A stretch of 64,000 nt of DNA, taken from NCBI GenBank assembly GCA_026391945.1, contig JAPLDA010000071.1, positions 1,247 to 65,246 on the forward strand, in the 5' to 3' direction. This DNA comes from Bacteroidota bacterium (GTDB taxonomy: Bacteria > Bacteroidota > Bacteroidia > AKYH767-A > 2013-40CM-41-45). Of this stretch, positions 28,088 to 38,189 are shown in pieces. The notes below the pieces were generated by a model that saw nothing but the letters and a program-made list of their open reading frames with translations, did no database searches and was not told where the DNA came from. Numbering within the stretch: position 1 is the stretch's first letter; every line of letters begins with the position of its first letter. The translations under genes were made by a program, and so were the position numbers.

Positions 28088-29242
28088 ATGTCACGATTCA
28101 GAATCAACTGGGATTTAATTAAGAATATCATCTTCGGAATTTTCACTCTCGGAGTTTGGTTTTTACTGAAAACAAAACCCGGTCAGCGCAAATCAGCGGT
28201 GAGAGAATGGGTGGACGCCATCATTTTTGCAGTCATCGCGGCAACCATCATCCGGACCTTCTTCATTGAAGCGTATACCATCCCTACACCATCCATGGAA
28301 AAATCTTTACTGGTCGGAGATTTTCTTTTTGTGAGCAAGATCAGTTACGGAGCAAGAATTCCGATGACTCCATTGTCGTTTCCTTTTGCACATCATACCA
28401 TGCCGTTGGTTGGAGGCAAATCATACCTGGAATGGATTAAAGTCGGGTACCACAGGCTCCCGGGATTCAGTAAAATAAAAAACAATGACGTGGTTGTTTT
28501 CAACTGGCCGGCAGAAAATGAAGGACGGCCTGTCGACAAAAAAGAAAATTACATCAAACGCTGTATTGGAATCCCCGGCGACACCATCAAAATCATTGAC
28601 CGGAATGTGTACATCAACTCTAAACTTGCTGACCTTCCGGAGAAATCACAATTTCATTATCATGTGAAGACTGACGGATCAGGATTCAGTGAAACGGCTG
28701 CTAAACGACTTGATTTGAATGACGTCCAGGTCGCTTCGCCGGAAGGTGATTTCATCATCAACATGACAGGAAAAAGTTCAAAAGAAATTAAAGACTTTGG
28801 AAATGTAAAACTCGTTGAACCCCTGATTGATCCCAAAGGAAACTACGAAGATTATATCTTCCCATTTGATAAAGCTTTCCGGTGGAATTACGACAACTTC
28901 GGGCCGCTCTGGATTCCGAAAACCGGGATGACTATAAAAATAGATTCATCCAACATCGCACTTTATCGTAAAGCAATCGGTGAATACGAAGGCAATAAGC
29001 TGGAACAACGTGATGGAAAAATTTTCATCAATGAAAAAGAAGCCACTGAATATACTTTCAAGATGAATTATTATTTCATGATGGGCGACAACCGGCACAA
29101 TTCGGCCGACAGCAGGTTCTGGGGTTTCGTTCCGGAAGATCACATCGTCGGCAAAGCCGTGTTCATCTGGATGAGTTGGGATAGTGAAGGAAGTTTCCTC
29201 GGAAAAGTCCGTTGGAACAGGTTGTTTCATTCGATCAACTGA
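28088..29242 (+). CDS. lepB: Signal peptidase I
   Basis: Catalytic Ser box (SMEKSL) and …GDNRHNSADSRFWGFV…. Confidence 0.85.
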   Translation: MSRFRINWDLIKNIIFGIFTLGVWFLLKTKPGQRKSAVREWVDAIIFAVIAATIIRTFFIEAYTIPTPSMEKSLLVGDFLFVSKISYGARIPMTPLSFPFAHHTMPLVGGKSYLEWIKVGYHRLPGFSKIKNNDVVVFNWPAENEGRPVDKKENYIKRCIGIPGDTIKIIDRNVYINSKLADLPEKSQFHYHVKTDGSGFSETAAKRLDLNDVQVASPEGDFIINMTGKSSKEIKDFGNVKLVEPLIDPKGNYEDYIFPFDKAFRWNYDNFGPLWIPKTGMTIKIDSSNIALYRKAIGEYEGNKLEQRDGKIFINEKEATEYTFKMNYYFMMGDNRHNSADSRFWGFVPEDHIVGKAVFIWMSWDSEGSFLGKVRWNRLFHSIN

Positions 29243-29273
29243 TAACCGGAGTCCCGAAAATTATTTTCAACAT

Positions 29274-30326
29274 TCACAACTGTAGAAGAAAGTTCAACGT
29301 ATCTACTCCGTCGGCATAATCCCAAAGTTCCGGATGTTGTGTTTGTCCGAACGGAATGAATTTCTCTCCTGCAACATGGCTGGCTATGCATTGAATTTTT
29401 TCACTCTCTCCTTGCAGCTTTTTTTTCAGCGCTTCCATCTCGTCATAACGCTCATAATACAATACTGAAACCGGTGAAGCGATGGAATCATCCTCTTTTA
29501 AAATCAAAAAATTATTGGTAAGGAAAGGAATTCTCTTCAGGAGATAAATGGCATTGTTGTATTCAAAATTGTTCATGTATTTATGATGCTGGGCAACGAC
29601 AGAAAAAGATTCCAGCGTCCCGAACAGTTTATCAAATTCATAATCCCTGGGAACAAATATTTTTGAAACGTTCCTGCAACCCAAGCCATGATATTGAAAA
29701 ATATCCTTCCCGAGATTCTTCAGCTCACTTTCTGTTTCATTGCCTGTAAGAACAGCCACCGCATTTCGGTTCATGCGGATGATGTGAGGATATTTTCCAA
29801 AATAATATTCAAAATAGCGCGCCGAATTATTACTTCCCGTAGCAATGACAGCATCCATTCCGGATAATTTTTCAACGAATGAAATTCTTTCCTGGAATGA
29901 CGGGGTAATATGAAAAATCAATTCTGAAACATATGGCAACAGAAACGGATCGTCTGATGAATTTTTCCCGATGTACCTGTGTCCACTCACCAGCACACAC
30001 AGCATGTCATGAAGGCCTACCAGCGGAATATTTCCTGCATTCACCACCCCGACGGTCAATTCACGTTTTTGATTTTGCAACGACTGCCGGTAAGGTTCCA
30101 GCCACTCCTCGATTTTATTTTTCTTCAGGGCACCGGCCCATGATTCAAAAGCAAACAGTACCTGCTCCTGTGTAAACCATGGATTTTTCTGGTGTGAGCG
30201 GAGGAGAAGATTTTCAAATTCAGGACGAGTTCCATTTTTCCCGTGAACGGATGCAACCAATTCATTGAAGAGGGTTCCGAGCCTCACCAGGGTTTCTTTC
30301 ATGTTAATTGAAGTTAATACACTCAT
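29274..30326 (-). CDS. LuxC-family acyl-CoA reductase
   Basis: ~350 aa; family call from length and recalled overall similarity; adjacent divergently to a ferredoxin. Confidence 0.45.
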   Translation of the reverse strand: MSVLTSINMKETLVRLGTLFNELVASVHGKNGTRPEFENLLLRSHQKNPWFTQEQVLFAFESWAGALKKNKIEEWLEPYRQSLQNQKRELTVGVVNAGNIPLVGLHDMLCVLVSGHRYIGKNSSDDPFLLPYVSELIFHITPSFQERISFVEKLSGMDAVIATGSNNSARYFEYYFGKYPHIIRMNRNAVAVLTGNETESELKNLGKDIFQYHGLGCRNVSKIFVPRDYEFDKLFGTLESFSVVAQHHKYMNNFEYNNAIYLLKRIPFLTNNFLILKEDDSIASPVSVLYYERYDEMEALKKKLQGESEKIQCIASHVAGEKFIPFGQTQHPELWDYADGVDTLNFLLQL

Positions 30327-30425
30327 TTATAATCCTCTAAGGTAATGATCAATGTAATTTTGAAATGAAGTTATTATGGCTATTTTTGCCGTCAAAATAA
30401 AACCAAAAGTAGAAAGGAAATAATT

Positions 30426-30773
30426 ATGGCAATTAAAATAACTGAAGAATGTATCAACTGCGGTGCATGCGAACCTGAATGTCCGAACAATGCAATTTAT
30501 GAAGGCGGAGCCGAGTGGCGCTTTTCAGACGGCACCACTGTAAAAGGACCGTTTAAGAAACTGGATGGCACCGAGGTGGACTCCGATGCCGCACAAACCC
30601 CGGTTTCTATGGACCTCTATTACATCGTACCGGATAAATGTACTGAGTGCAAAGGCTTCCATGATGAACCACAGTGTGCAGCAGTCTGCCCGGTCGACTG
30701 TTGTGTGGATGATGAAACCCATCGTGAAAGCGATGATGTACTCCTGGGAAAGAAAGCAAAAATGCATATCTGA
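30426..30773 (+). CDS. 4Fe-4S dicluster ferredoxin
   Basis: CxxCxxCxxxCP … CxxCxxxxxCxxxCP motifs. Confidence 0.85.
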   Translation: MAIKITEECINCGACEPECPNNAIYEGGAEWRFSDGTTVKGPFKKLDGTEVDSDAAQTPVSMDLYYIVPDKCTECKGFHDEPQCAAVCPVDCCVDDETHRESDDVLLGKKAKMHI

Positions 30774-30793
30774 AACCTGAAACTACGTGAATC

Positions 30794-30836
30794 AAAATCC
30801 GTCCGGTTGACTTGCCGGGCGGATTTTCTTTTTTTG
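30794..30836 (+). terminator. Rho-independent terminator (13-bp stem aaaatccgtccgg/ccgggcggatttt, 8-nt loop, T7 tract)
   Basis: Seen in sequence directly after the ferredoxin stop. Confidence 0.7.
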
Positions 30837-30934
30837 TATCATTGATCGCTTAATCCAACTTATACCGATATGGTATCATACCTCCGCCAAGGCGGATTGG
30901 ATTATTTAATATTGAGTAACGGTATTACCATCCA

Positions 30935-31837
30935 TTGAAAACAAATCGGTTAATAATCATTATTTTTTTGCTTGTCCTTGCGGGCACTTTCTCTCAAGCC
31001 CGGACAGAACAGGAAAATCCTTCTCCTGTTAATAGATCCATGGCGGATTCACTGAACTCCCTGGCTAAAATCATGTTGCATGGAGAAAATGATTCGGTAA
31101 GGATTTCCGCCAATGCATCATTCAAAAATAAAATCAGCGACGTCCTCGGCCAGCCGGATGTAATTGAATTTGATTCGGTCAAAAATATTTCCTCATTAAC
31201 TGCTCCTGACAACAGTTTCCGGATCTTAACCTGGACACTTCCTTCCTATGATGGTTCGTATACATTTTTCGGTTTCATACAAACGACCGACAAAAAAACA
31301 AAACAACACCATGTTATTGAGCTGACCGATTCAACGCTGACAATTGACAAACCTGAATCCTCAAAACTCAAAGCCGGCCGATGGTACGGAGCCGTGTATT
31401 ACAAAATACTGTTGAATAAGAAAGAAGGAAAAAATTTCTATACGCTGCTGGGATGGAAAGGAAAAAATCAAATGGCCACACAAAAAGTGGTGGATGTGCT
31501 TTACTTTCCAGGGGATGTGCCGCTCTTCGGATATCCATTCTTTAAAACGGAAAATGTTTACCGGAACCGTTTGATATTTGAATACACTTCGCAGGCCGTG
31601 ATGTCGCTTCACTATGAAGACAAAAAAAAATTAATTGTATTCGATCATCTGTCATCATCCGGAAAAGGGGAAACCAACCACCCACTGCAGGGCCCTGGTG
31701 GCTCATTTGATGCACTTCAATTTAAAAATGGCAAATGGATTTTGTTAAAGGATATTGATACCCGGAATTACCGCGAACCGAAGGAGCAGCCGAAAGAACC
31801 GCAGATTCATGAAGCGCCGGTTAAACTAATCAAATAG
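30935..31837 (+). CDS. Secreted hypothetical protein
   Basis: Signal peptide; no recognisable motifs. Confidence 0.5.
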   Translation: MKTNRLIIIIFLLVLAGTFSQARTEQENPSPVNRSMADSLNSLAKIMLHGENDSVRISANASFKNKISDVLGQPDVIEFDSVKNISSLTAPDNSFRILTWTLPSYDGSYTFFGFIQTTDKKTKQHHVIELTDSTLTIDKPESSKLKAGRWYGAVYYKILLNKKEGKNFYTLLGWKGKNQMATQKVVDVLYFPGDVPLFGYPFFKTENVYRNRLIFEYTSQAVMSLHYEDKKKLIVFDHLSSSGKGETNHPLQGPGGSFDALQFKNGKWILLKDIDTRNYREPKEQPKEPQIHEAPVKLIK

Positions 31838-32501
31838 GAATACGATTCTTTTTCTTTTGAACGGATTTATTTTTTTCAAAGTACTTACACCATTTTTTCA
31901 ATCCACATTCATCACATTTCGGACTCCGGGCTAAACAGGTATATCTTCCATGCAAAATCAGCCAGTGATGTGCGATTGAAATTTTTTCTTCGGGAATGTT
32001 CTTTACCAGTTGTCTTTCTGTCTCCAGCGGATTTTTAGCATTGCTGCTAAGGCCTAATCTTGCCGACACCCTGAAAACATGGGTATCCACTGCCATCGTC
32101 GGAAGATTATATACAACGGATGCAATCACATTGGCGGTTTTCCTGCCCACTCCCGGGAGTTTCTGAAGTTCAGTTACATCGGAAGGCACCACACCATGAA
32201 AATCGCTCACCAGCATCTTCGCCATTCCAACGAGATGTTTTGATTTATTATTCGGATAACTGATGCTTCTGATCAATGGAAATACTTCTTCGGCAGTTGA
32301 AGCCGCCAGCACTTCAGCCGTTGGAAACGATTTCAGAAAAGCAGGCATGGTCATGTTTACGCGCTTATCCGTGCACTGAGCCGATAAGATCACTGCCACG
32401 AGGAGTTCATACGGGTTGGTATATTCGAGTTCCGTTTCAGCAACAGGGCGGTATTTGCTGAAGTATTTGATGATCCTGTCGTATCGCTCTTTCTTTGTCA
32501 T
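31830..32501 (-). CDS. nth: Endonuclease III
   Basis: HhH-GPD motif (LPGVGRKTA) and C-terminal 4Fe-4S Cys cluster. Confidence 0.85.
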   Translation of the reverse strand: MTKKERYDRIIKYFSKYRPVAETELEYTNPYELLVAVILSAQCTDKRVNMTMPAFLKSFPTAEVLAASTAEEVFPLIRSISYPNNKSKHLVGMAKMLVSDFHGVVPSDVTELQKLPGVGRKTANVIASVVYNLPTMAVDTHVFRVSARLGLSSNAKNPLETERQLVKNIPEEKISIAHHWLILHGRYTCLARSPKCDECGLKKWCKYFEKNKSVQKKKNRIPI

Positions 32502-32671
32502 GCTTACAAAGGTAGAAATGCACAGTTCACACCGGAAAAATAAAATTTCACCATGCTAAAAAAGACCTGCGCCGAAAAATATTGATTTCAGCGGCCTGTA
32601 AAAATACATTCGCTAAAGAAAATAAATCAAATGCCTATGGATAAATGAAAAACTTGTAAAAGGTTAGAGAG

Positions 32672-32712
32672 AAAAAAGAGTCACCGGAAACCCCGGTGAC
32701 TCTTTCTTTTTC
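32672..32712. terminator. Palindromic terminator hairpin (agagtcaccgg-aaacc-ccggtgactct) with T/A-rich flanks on both sides, at the 3' end of the minus-strand sigma-factor operon
   Basis: 11-bp perfect stem seen in sequence. Confidence 0.6.
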
Positions 32713-32944
32713 AAGCCAGCGATTCTTTTGAAAAAGCAAGAATCTTTTCCATGCTTTTTTCAGAAGGCCCGGGCATCTGTTCGTTCAATGCTTTAAAAAC
32801 TTCCGTGATCTCTTTGTATTCCTGCTGCACGAGCGGGTCTCCATCGATGTTCCGCTGAATCCGGTCGGAGTCTGAGAGGTTTGTTTCGTTGTAAGCATAA
32901 AGAACAAGGTCTTTCAAAGTAGTCGTTTTTATCATGCATTTCAT
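32711..32944 (-). CDS. Small hypothetical protein (77 aa) downstream of the ECF sigma factor; no TM segment
   Basis: ORF co-directional and closely spaced with the sigma gene. Confidence 0.4.
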   Translation of the reverse strand: MKCMIKTTTLKDLVLYAYNETNLSDSDRIQRNIDGDPLVQQEYKEITEVFKALNEQMPGPSEKSMEKILAFSKESLA

Positions 32945-33005
32945 TTTTTAGTTTGATCATGATAGAACGACGGCACCCCGGGGTTATTGTATGCATTTAA
33001 AAAAA

Positions 33006-33593
33006 TTATTCGCGGAGGCTGATCTTTTCTTCTTTGATCATTTCCCGCATTTTCAGGATTGCATAGTGCATCCTTCCCAAAGCAGTATTGATGTTGATAT
33101 TGAGAATTTGGGAAATCTCTTTGAATGAGAGTTCCGCATAATGCCTCATCACCACCACTTCGCGCTGTTCGAAAGGTAGCCGGTCGATGAGTTGCCTTAC
33201 CTTATTGATTTTTTCGTCGTGGATGATTTCTTCAACCGCATTCCTGCTTCTCTGCGGCATGAAATCGAACACGCTGTATTCATCGGTATCTCTTTGCATC
33301 GGCATGTGCCGTTCCTTACGGAAATGATCGATTACCAGGTTGTGTGCAATCCTGACTGCCCAGGGAAGGAATTTACCTTCCTCGTTGTAGCGTTTCTCAC
33401 GAAGGCTGACAATGATCTTAATAAACGTTTCCTGATACAGGTCTTCTGCCAGTTCGGGTTTGCGAACAAGAAAGAAAATGGAAGAATAAATTTTTTGTTT
33501 GTACCGGTGAATCAGTTCGGCGATGGCCTGTTGTTCACCTTTTTGGTAGAGACGTACAAGGTCTCTGTCACTCATCAATTGAGGATTTTGCAT
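33006..33593 (-). CDS. ECF-type RNA polymerase sigma-70 family factor
   Basis: Region 2 (…DLYQETFIKI…) and region 4 HTH (…EISQILNI…). Confidence 0.8.
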   Translation of the reverse strand: MQNPQLMSDRDLVRLYQKGEQQAIAELIHRYKQKIYSSIFFLVRKPELAEDLYQETFIKIIVSLREKRYNEEGKFLPWAVRIAHNLVIDHFRKERHMPMQRDTDEYSVFDFMPQRSRNAVEEIIHDEKINKVRQLIDRLPFEQREVVVMRHYAELSFKEISQILNININTALGRMHYAILKMREMIKEEKISLRE

Positions 33594-33824
33594 AGCTCTG
33601 CTTTAATTGTTAGTTGAAATAATTAAAGTAGAAGTTATGCTATGCTTGTCCTCCGGTTTTTAAGATGATGGTAAAATTACTTAAGTTTTGTACGCCCTTC
33701 TGAAAGAGAAGATACTTCCTCCAAAAGATTTTCAAATATAGAATGTTGATTTAAAGAAAGCAAATTTTTTAAAACAAACCCAGAGAAAATGTAAACAAAT
33801 GGCTGTTTTTAACTGCATGTCCTC

Positions 33825-35237
33825 TCATTTATACTGAAAACCGGCGTTGAACATACTTTTTTGTTTCATCGTTGCCTCAACGCTTTCAATGGTTCTTGGT
33901 GCTTTTCCTGAAAGGTTCTCATAGCCGGTGGCGGTGATCAGGATATCATCTTCAATCCTGATCCCGATGTTCCACCATTTCGGATCACAGGGGCTTCCGT
34001 CGGGAATATAAATCCCCGGTTCAACCGTGATGATGTTACCGGGTTGAAGATTCCCGAACGTTCCATGGTCATGAACATCCAGTCCGAGGTAATGTGAAGT
34101 ACCATGCATGAAGTACTTGCGGTAATCTTTTTCATCTTTGATAATTCCAAGATCCGCCAATCCTTTCTTGATTACAGCCGTTGCCGCTTTACCGGGAGCC
34201 TGGAATTCATTGCCGGGTTTGCATTCGAGGAAGGCCGCTTCCTGTGCGTGATAAACAACTGCGTAGATCGCCTTTTGTTCATCCGAAAAATGACCGCTTA
34301 CCGGCCATGTTCTGGTCACGTCGGCAGAGTAGCCATGATACTCAGCACCCATATCGAGCAGAAGGACATCACCGGTTTCCAGCTTTCTCCTGTTGCTTTC
34401 GTAATGAAGAATGCAACTGTTTTCTCCACCTCCGCAAATGGATGGATAACCGACATATTCGGATCCGTTTTTTTTGAAAACATATTCACCGATTGCCTGC
34501 GCCTGGTATTCTGTCATTCCCGGTTTCACTGACTTCATCATTTCAATATGTCCTTCGCAGGTCATCGAAACAACCTTTTTCATCAAAGCAATTTCTTCCG
34601 GTTGCTTTACTTCCCTCATGGCTGCTAGCCAGCCCGATAATTTATAACTGTCGCCATTTTCAGGCGGATAATTTGATTTTTTTTTGAACTGTTCTACCAG
34701 GTCAAATAAGTCGGATTTTTCTCTTCTATCATCCACTACTCCTTTAGGCAAAGGCAAATAAAAAAGTGAATTGAAATTTTTAAATGGAACCATAAGAGTA
34801 TCGAAAACTTCATTGATAAAAGTGGTTTGAATTCCCAATAACTGTGACGCTGCTTTGGAACTCAGCCTCCTTCCGTTCCACACTTCTGTTGCCGGATCCC
34901 TCTCGCGTAAAAAGAGGCATTCATTCGTCAGGGCTCCGCCAATGGATTGCATTTCTTTAAATATCATAAGCAGAGCATCCGGTTCGGTAAACCCGGTGAG
35001 ATAATAAAAATCAGGGTTCTGATGGTATTGAAAATCATCATCATTGGAACGGTTCCTCTCGGGCGCTGAAAACAAAACAGCCATTGATTTTTCCGGCATC
35101 CGGCTCCTCAACGAATCCCTCCTGCCCTGGTGAAATTCTTTTGAAAGAAAATCCGTTTCATAACGGTACAACCGGGTATCCTGACTTTTCAGTTCAGAAA
35201 AAATAAACAGCATACCCAACAAACAAATGTTTCGCAT
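33825..35237 (-). CDS. pepP: Xaa-Pro aminopeptidase (M24B)
   Basis: N-terminal AMP_N domain and pita-bread metal ligands (…DMGAEYHGY…HGTSHYLGLDVHD…EPGIY…). Confidence 0.8.
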   Translation of the reverse strand: MRNICLLGMLFIFSELKSQDTRLYRYETDFLSKEFHQGRRDSLRSRMPEKSMAVLFSAPERNRSNDDDFQYHQNPDFYYLTGFTEPDALLMIFKEMQSIGGALTNECLFLRERDPATEVWNGRRLSSKAASQLLGIQTTFINEVFDTLMVPFKNFNSLFYLPLPKGVVDDRREKSDLFDLVEQFKKKSNYPPENGDSYKLSGWLAAMREVKQPEEIALMKKVVSMTCEGHIEMMKSVKPGMTEYQAQAIGEYVFKKNGSEYVGYPSICGGGENSCILHYESNRRKLETGDVLLLDMGAEYHGYSADVTRTWPVSGHFSDEQKAIYAVVYHAQEAAFLECKPGNEFQAPGKAATAVIKKGLADLGIIKDEKDYRKYFMHGTSHYLGLDVHDHGTFGNLQPGNIITVEPGIYIPDGSPCDPKWWNIGIRIEDDILITATGYENLSGKAPRTIESVEATMKQKSMFNAGFQYK

Positions 35238-35329
35238 GGTCGTCTGGAAAATGGAAGGATAAAAGTAAGAAAACAAAAAATGCTAAACTCATTTCTGAAT
35301 TTAGCATTTTCCGGAAAGCAAAGAGCCGG

Positions 35330-35563
35330 TTAAACTCTTCCCTTTTTTATAGCCTTTTCAATGACGGCACTGATGCCGTTCTTGTTGATCGTTCTTAATG
35401 CAGAAGTGGAAACCTTTAACGTAATCCACTCTCCCATTTCAGGTACATAAAACTTCTTTACCTGGAGATTTGGATGAAATTTCCTTTTTGTTTTTTTATT
35501 GGAGAAGGAAACACTGTTTCCTACCATCGCTCTTTTTCCTGTTAAATCGCAAACTCTTGCCAT
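35330..35563 (-). CDS. rpmB: 50S ribosomal protein L28
   Basis: MARVCDLTGKRAMVGN…KRKFHPNLQ…; internal start within ORF 35330..35641. Confidence 0.85.
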   Translation of the reverse strand: MARVCDLTGKRAMVGNSVSFSNKKTKRKFHPNLQVKKFYVPEMGEWITLKVSTSALRTINKNGISAVIEKAIKKGRV

Positions 35564-35637
35564 GACTGTATTCCTTATTTTTATAAAACGGAGTGCAAAG
35601 AAAAGAAAATTTCTTCTACCTGCAAAAAATTTCTCAA

Positions 35638-36024
35638 TCAATCCATGAGGATAGCCGTTGCTTCGATTTCGATCAATAAATCAGGATGAACCAGTGATTT
35701 CACCTCCACAAGGGTCGTTGCCGGCCTTGTATCTTTGAAAAACTCTCTATGTGCCTTGCCTGCCTTTTCCCAGGTCGAAATATCCGTTACGAACATCCTG
35801 GTGCGCACCACATCCTTCATGCTTCCTCCCGCTTCTTCCAGTGCCTTTTCTATTTTCTCAAAGATGAACTTTGTCTGCGCGTACACATCCCCGGCACCTA
35901 TGATTTCATCGCCATCCACGGCCGTGGTCCCGGCAATTTCGATGATGTTTCCCACCCTGACAGCCCGGGAATAACCAACCTCTTTTTCCCATTTTGTTCC
36001 TGATGAAATCAATACCCGTTTCAT
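35638..36024 (-). CDS. RidA/YjgF-family protein (second paralog in the window)
   Basis: YjgF-like fold signature (…VRTRMFVTDI…). Confidence 0.7.
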   Translation of the reverse strand: MKRVLISSGTKWEKEVGYSRAVRVGNIIEIAGTTAVDGDEIIGAGDVYAQTKFIFEKIEKALEEAGGSMKDVVRTRMFVTDISTWEKAGKAHREFFKDTRPATTLVEVKSLVHPDLLIEIEATAILMD

Positions 36025-36034
36025 GTATGTTGAC

Positions 36035-37288
36035 TTAGGAAATTGATTCGCCGGCAAGAATTTTCCTGAATAAATTCAGGCTATGCTGGCATGTTTCGAT
36101 GATCACCCTCTCCCTGTTATCACCCAACTGCAATTTCCGGGTTACCACACCGCCAGGTGTAGCTACGGCGATCCACACGGTTCCCACCGGCTTCTCCGGT
36201 GTGCCTCCATCTGGTCCGGCAATGCCTGAGCAGGCAATGGAACAATCGGTTTTGAATTTATTTTTTATGTGAAGAGCCATTTGATTGACCACCTCTTCGC
36301 TCACCACTCCTTTTTCCGATATCGTTTGCGCATCCACTTCCAGGAATTTGGTTTTGATTTCGTTGTGATAAGCAACCACGGAACCTTTATAATATTCTGA
36401 ACTTCCGGGTACGGTGGTAATCCTGTGTGCAATGTAACCACCGGTACAACTTTCAGCGGTTGAGACGGTGAGTTTTTTTTCTTTCAGGAGGCCGGCAACA
36501 AGCGATTCCAGGGTGTCGTCGTCATAGCCGTAAATGTACTTCCCGGCAATGGAGTGAAGTTTTGCCATTTCTTCTGCAATCTCCTGCCTGACTTCACTTT
36601 CAAGGTTACCGCTGCCGGATAACCTCATGCGTACAAGTCCCGGGGAAGGAAGATACGCAAGTTTGATGGTTGGAGGAAGACTGTTTTCCCATGTCTCAAT
36701 CAAATCGGAAAGATAGGATTCACCGATACCTTGTGTCAGCACTGTTTTGTGAAAAATGTGTGGCGTTCTGAAATTTTCTTTCAGCATCCGCAGCACGTCT
36801 TTTTCCATCATGGCTTTCATTTCATAAGGAACGCCCGGCATGGAAACAAAAAATTTATTCTTTTTTTCGAACCACATTCCCGGGGCTGTACCCATGGAGT
36901 TATGAATGACGGTGCATTTTTCAGGAACCTCCGCCTGGGAGCGATTGGTTTTCGTGACTTCCCGGCCTCTTGCCTTGAATATTTTTTCAATATCAAGAAA
37001 TACTTTCTCATCAAAACGAAGATTGGATTTAAAGTATTTGCACAACGTGATTTTGGTAAGATCATCTTTCGTCGGACCAAGTCCGCCGGTAACGAGGATC
37101 ACATCTGCTCTTTTCTCAGCTTCATTGAATGCGGCAATGATGTGTTCTTCGTTGTCGGATACAGCCGTTTTCTGAAAAACCCTGATCCCGGCTTCGTTTA
37201 ATTTTTGTCCCATCCACGCACTGTTTGTATCCACCACCTGCCCGATCAGCAACTCATCACCGATTGTAATTATTTCTGCTAACACCAT
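36035..37288 (-). CDS. cinA: Competence/damage-inducible protein CinA (MoCF-binding N-domain plus CinA C-domain)
   Basis: MVLAEIITIGDELLIGQVVDTNS…; two-domain length. Confidence 0.85.
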   Translation of the reverse strand: MVLAEIITIGDELLIGQVVDTNSAWMGQKLNEAGIRVFQKTAVSDNEEHIIAAFNEAEKRADVILVTGGLGPTKDDLTKITLCKYFKSNLRFDEKVFLDIEKIFKARGREVTKTNRSQAEVPEKCTVIHNSMGTAPGMWFEKKNKFFVSMPGVPYEMKAMMEKDVLRMLKENFRTPHIFHKTVLTQGIGESYLSDLIETWENSLPPTIKLAYLPSPGLVRMRLSGSGNLESEVRQEIAEEMAKLHSIAGKYIYGYDDDTLESLVAGLLKEKKLTVSTAESCTGGYIAHRITTVPGSSEYYKGSVVAYHNEIKTKFLEVDAQTISEKGVVSEEVVNQMALHIKNKFKTDCSIACSGIAGPDGGTPEKPVGTVWIAVATPGGVVTRKLQLGDNRERVIIETCQHSLNLFRKILAGESIS

Positions 37289-37457
37289 ATTGAAAATAAT
37301 TTGATGCGAAGATAAACGTTCATAAACGATTCGGAGTCATCATCCATTTTTCAAATTCACTTTCTTGATTTGAAGAACAGGTATTATCATTTCATAATTG
37401 TATCGTATGTTTGGCAATATCTTTGTCCTGCCTGCGAGCCAAAAAAAAATCAGACGT

Positions 37458-38180
37458 ATGAAAACCATCATCAAAATCTTCTCCTTCGCACTACTCCTTC
37501 CCCTGACATCCTGCAGCCAGATTGACTTCAACAAAATCGGCAAAGAGATCGACAAGAACATCAACGGGAAAAAGCCGTTAACCAATACAGAAATCATTTC
37601 AGGACTGAAGGAAGCCCTGAATGTGGGGAGTAACAATGCCTCCTCTTCTGCATCTAAAATCGACGGTTATTTCAAACACCCGGTTATCAGCATACCATTT
37701 CCTCCTGAAGCGCAGCAAATGGAAAATACGCTGCGCTCGTTGGGAATGGGCAGGCAAGTGAATGATTTCGTGATGACCATCAACCGGTCTGCCGAAGAAG
37801 CAGCCAAACAGGCGGCGCCGATCTTCCTCGATGCCATCAAAAACATGACGATCACCGATGGCCTTCAGATTTTAAAAGGCAATGATTCAGCTGCTACAAG
37901 TTACCTGAGAAAATCAACTTCTTCCCCGCTCCATGATAAATTCAAACCGGTGATCAGGGCGGCGACTCAAAAAGTGGACGTAACGAAATACTGGAACCCA
38001 TTGGTGACGGCTTATGATCAAGTTCCATTTGTGTCAAAAGTAAACCCTGACCTCGAAGAGTATATTACACAAAAAGCCCTAAGCGGATTGTTTTACCTGG
38101 TGTCGCAGGAAGAATCAAAGATCCGTAAAGACCCGGCAGCGCGGGTGACGGACATCCTGAAAAAAGTATTCGGAAACTGA
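37458..38180 (+). CDS. DUF4197-family lipoprotein
   Basis: Lipobox LTSC; overall similarity to DUF4197. Confidence 0.5.
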   Translation: MKTIIKIFSFALLLPLTSCSQIDFNKIGKEIDKNINGKKPLTNTEIISGLKEALNVGSNNASSSASKIDGYFKHPVISIPFPPEAQQMENTLRSLGMGRQVNDFVMTINRSAEEAAKQAAPIFLDAIKNMTITDGLQILKGNDSAATSYLRKSTSSPLHDKFKPVIRAATQKVDVTKYWNPLVTAYDQVPFVSKVNPDLEEYITQKALSGLFYLVSQEESKIRKDPAARVTDILKKVFGN

Positions 38181-38189
38181 ATCGTTTTT

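Noticed and set aside
30844-30934. Nested hairpins (aatccaa…ttggatt; ccgcc-aa-ggcgg) upstream of the 30935 gene as a riboswitch
   Set aside because: Too short and lacks any recognisable riboswitch core; more likely a second terminator or promoter-region secondary structure.
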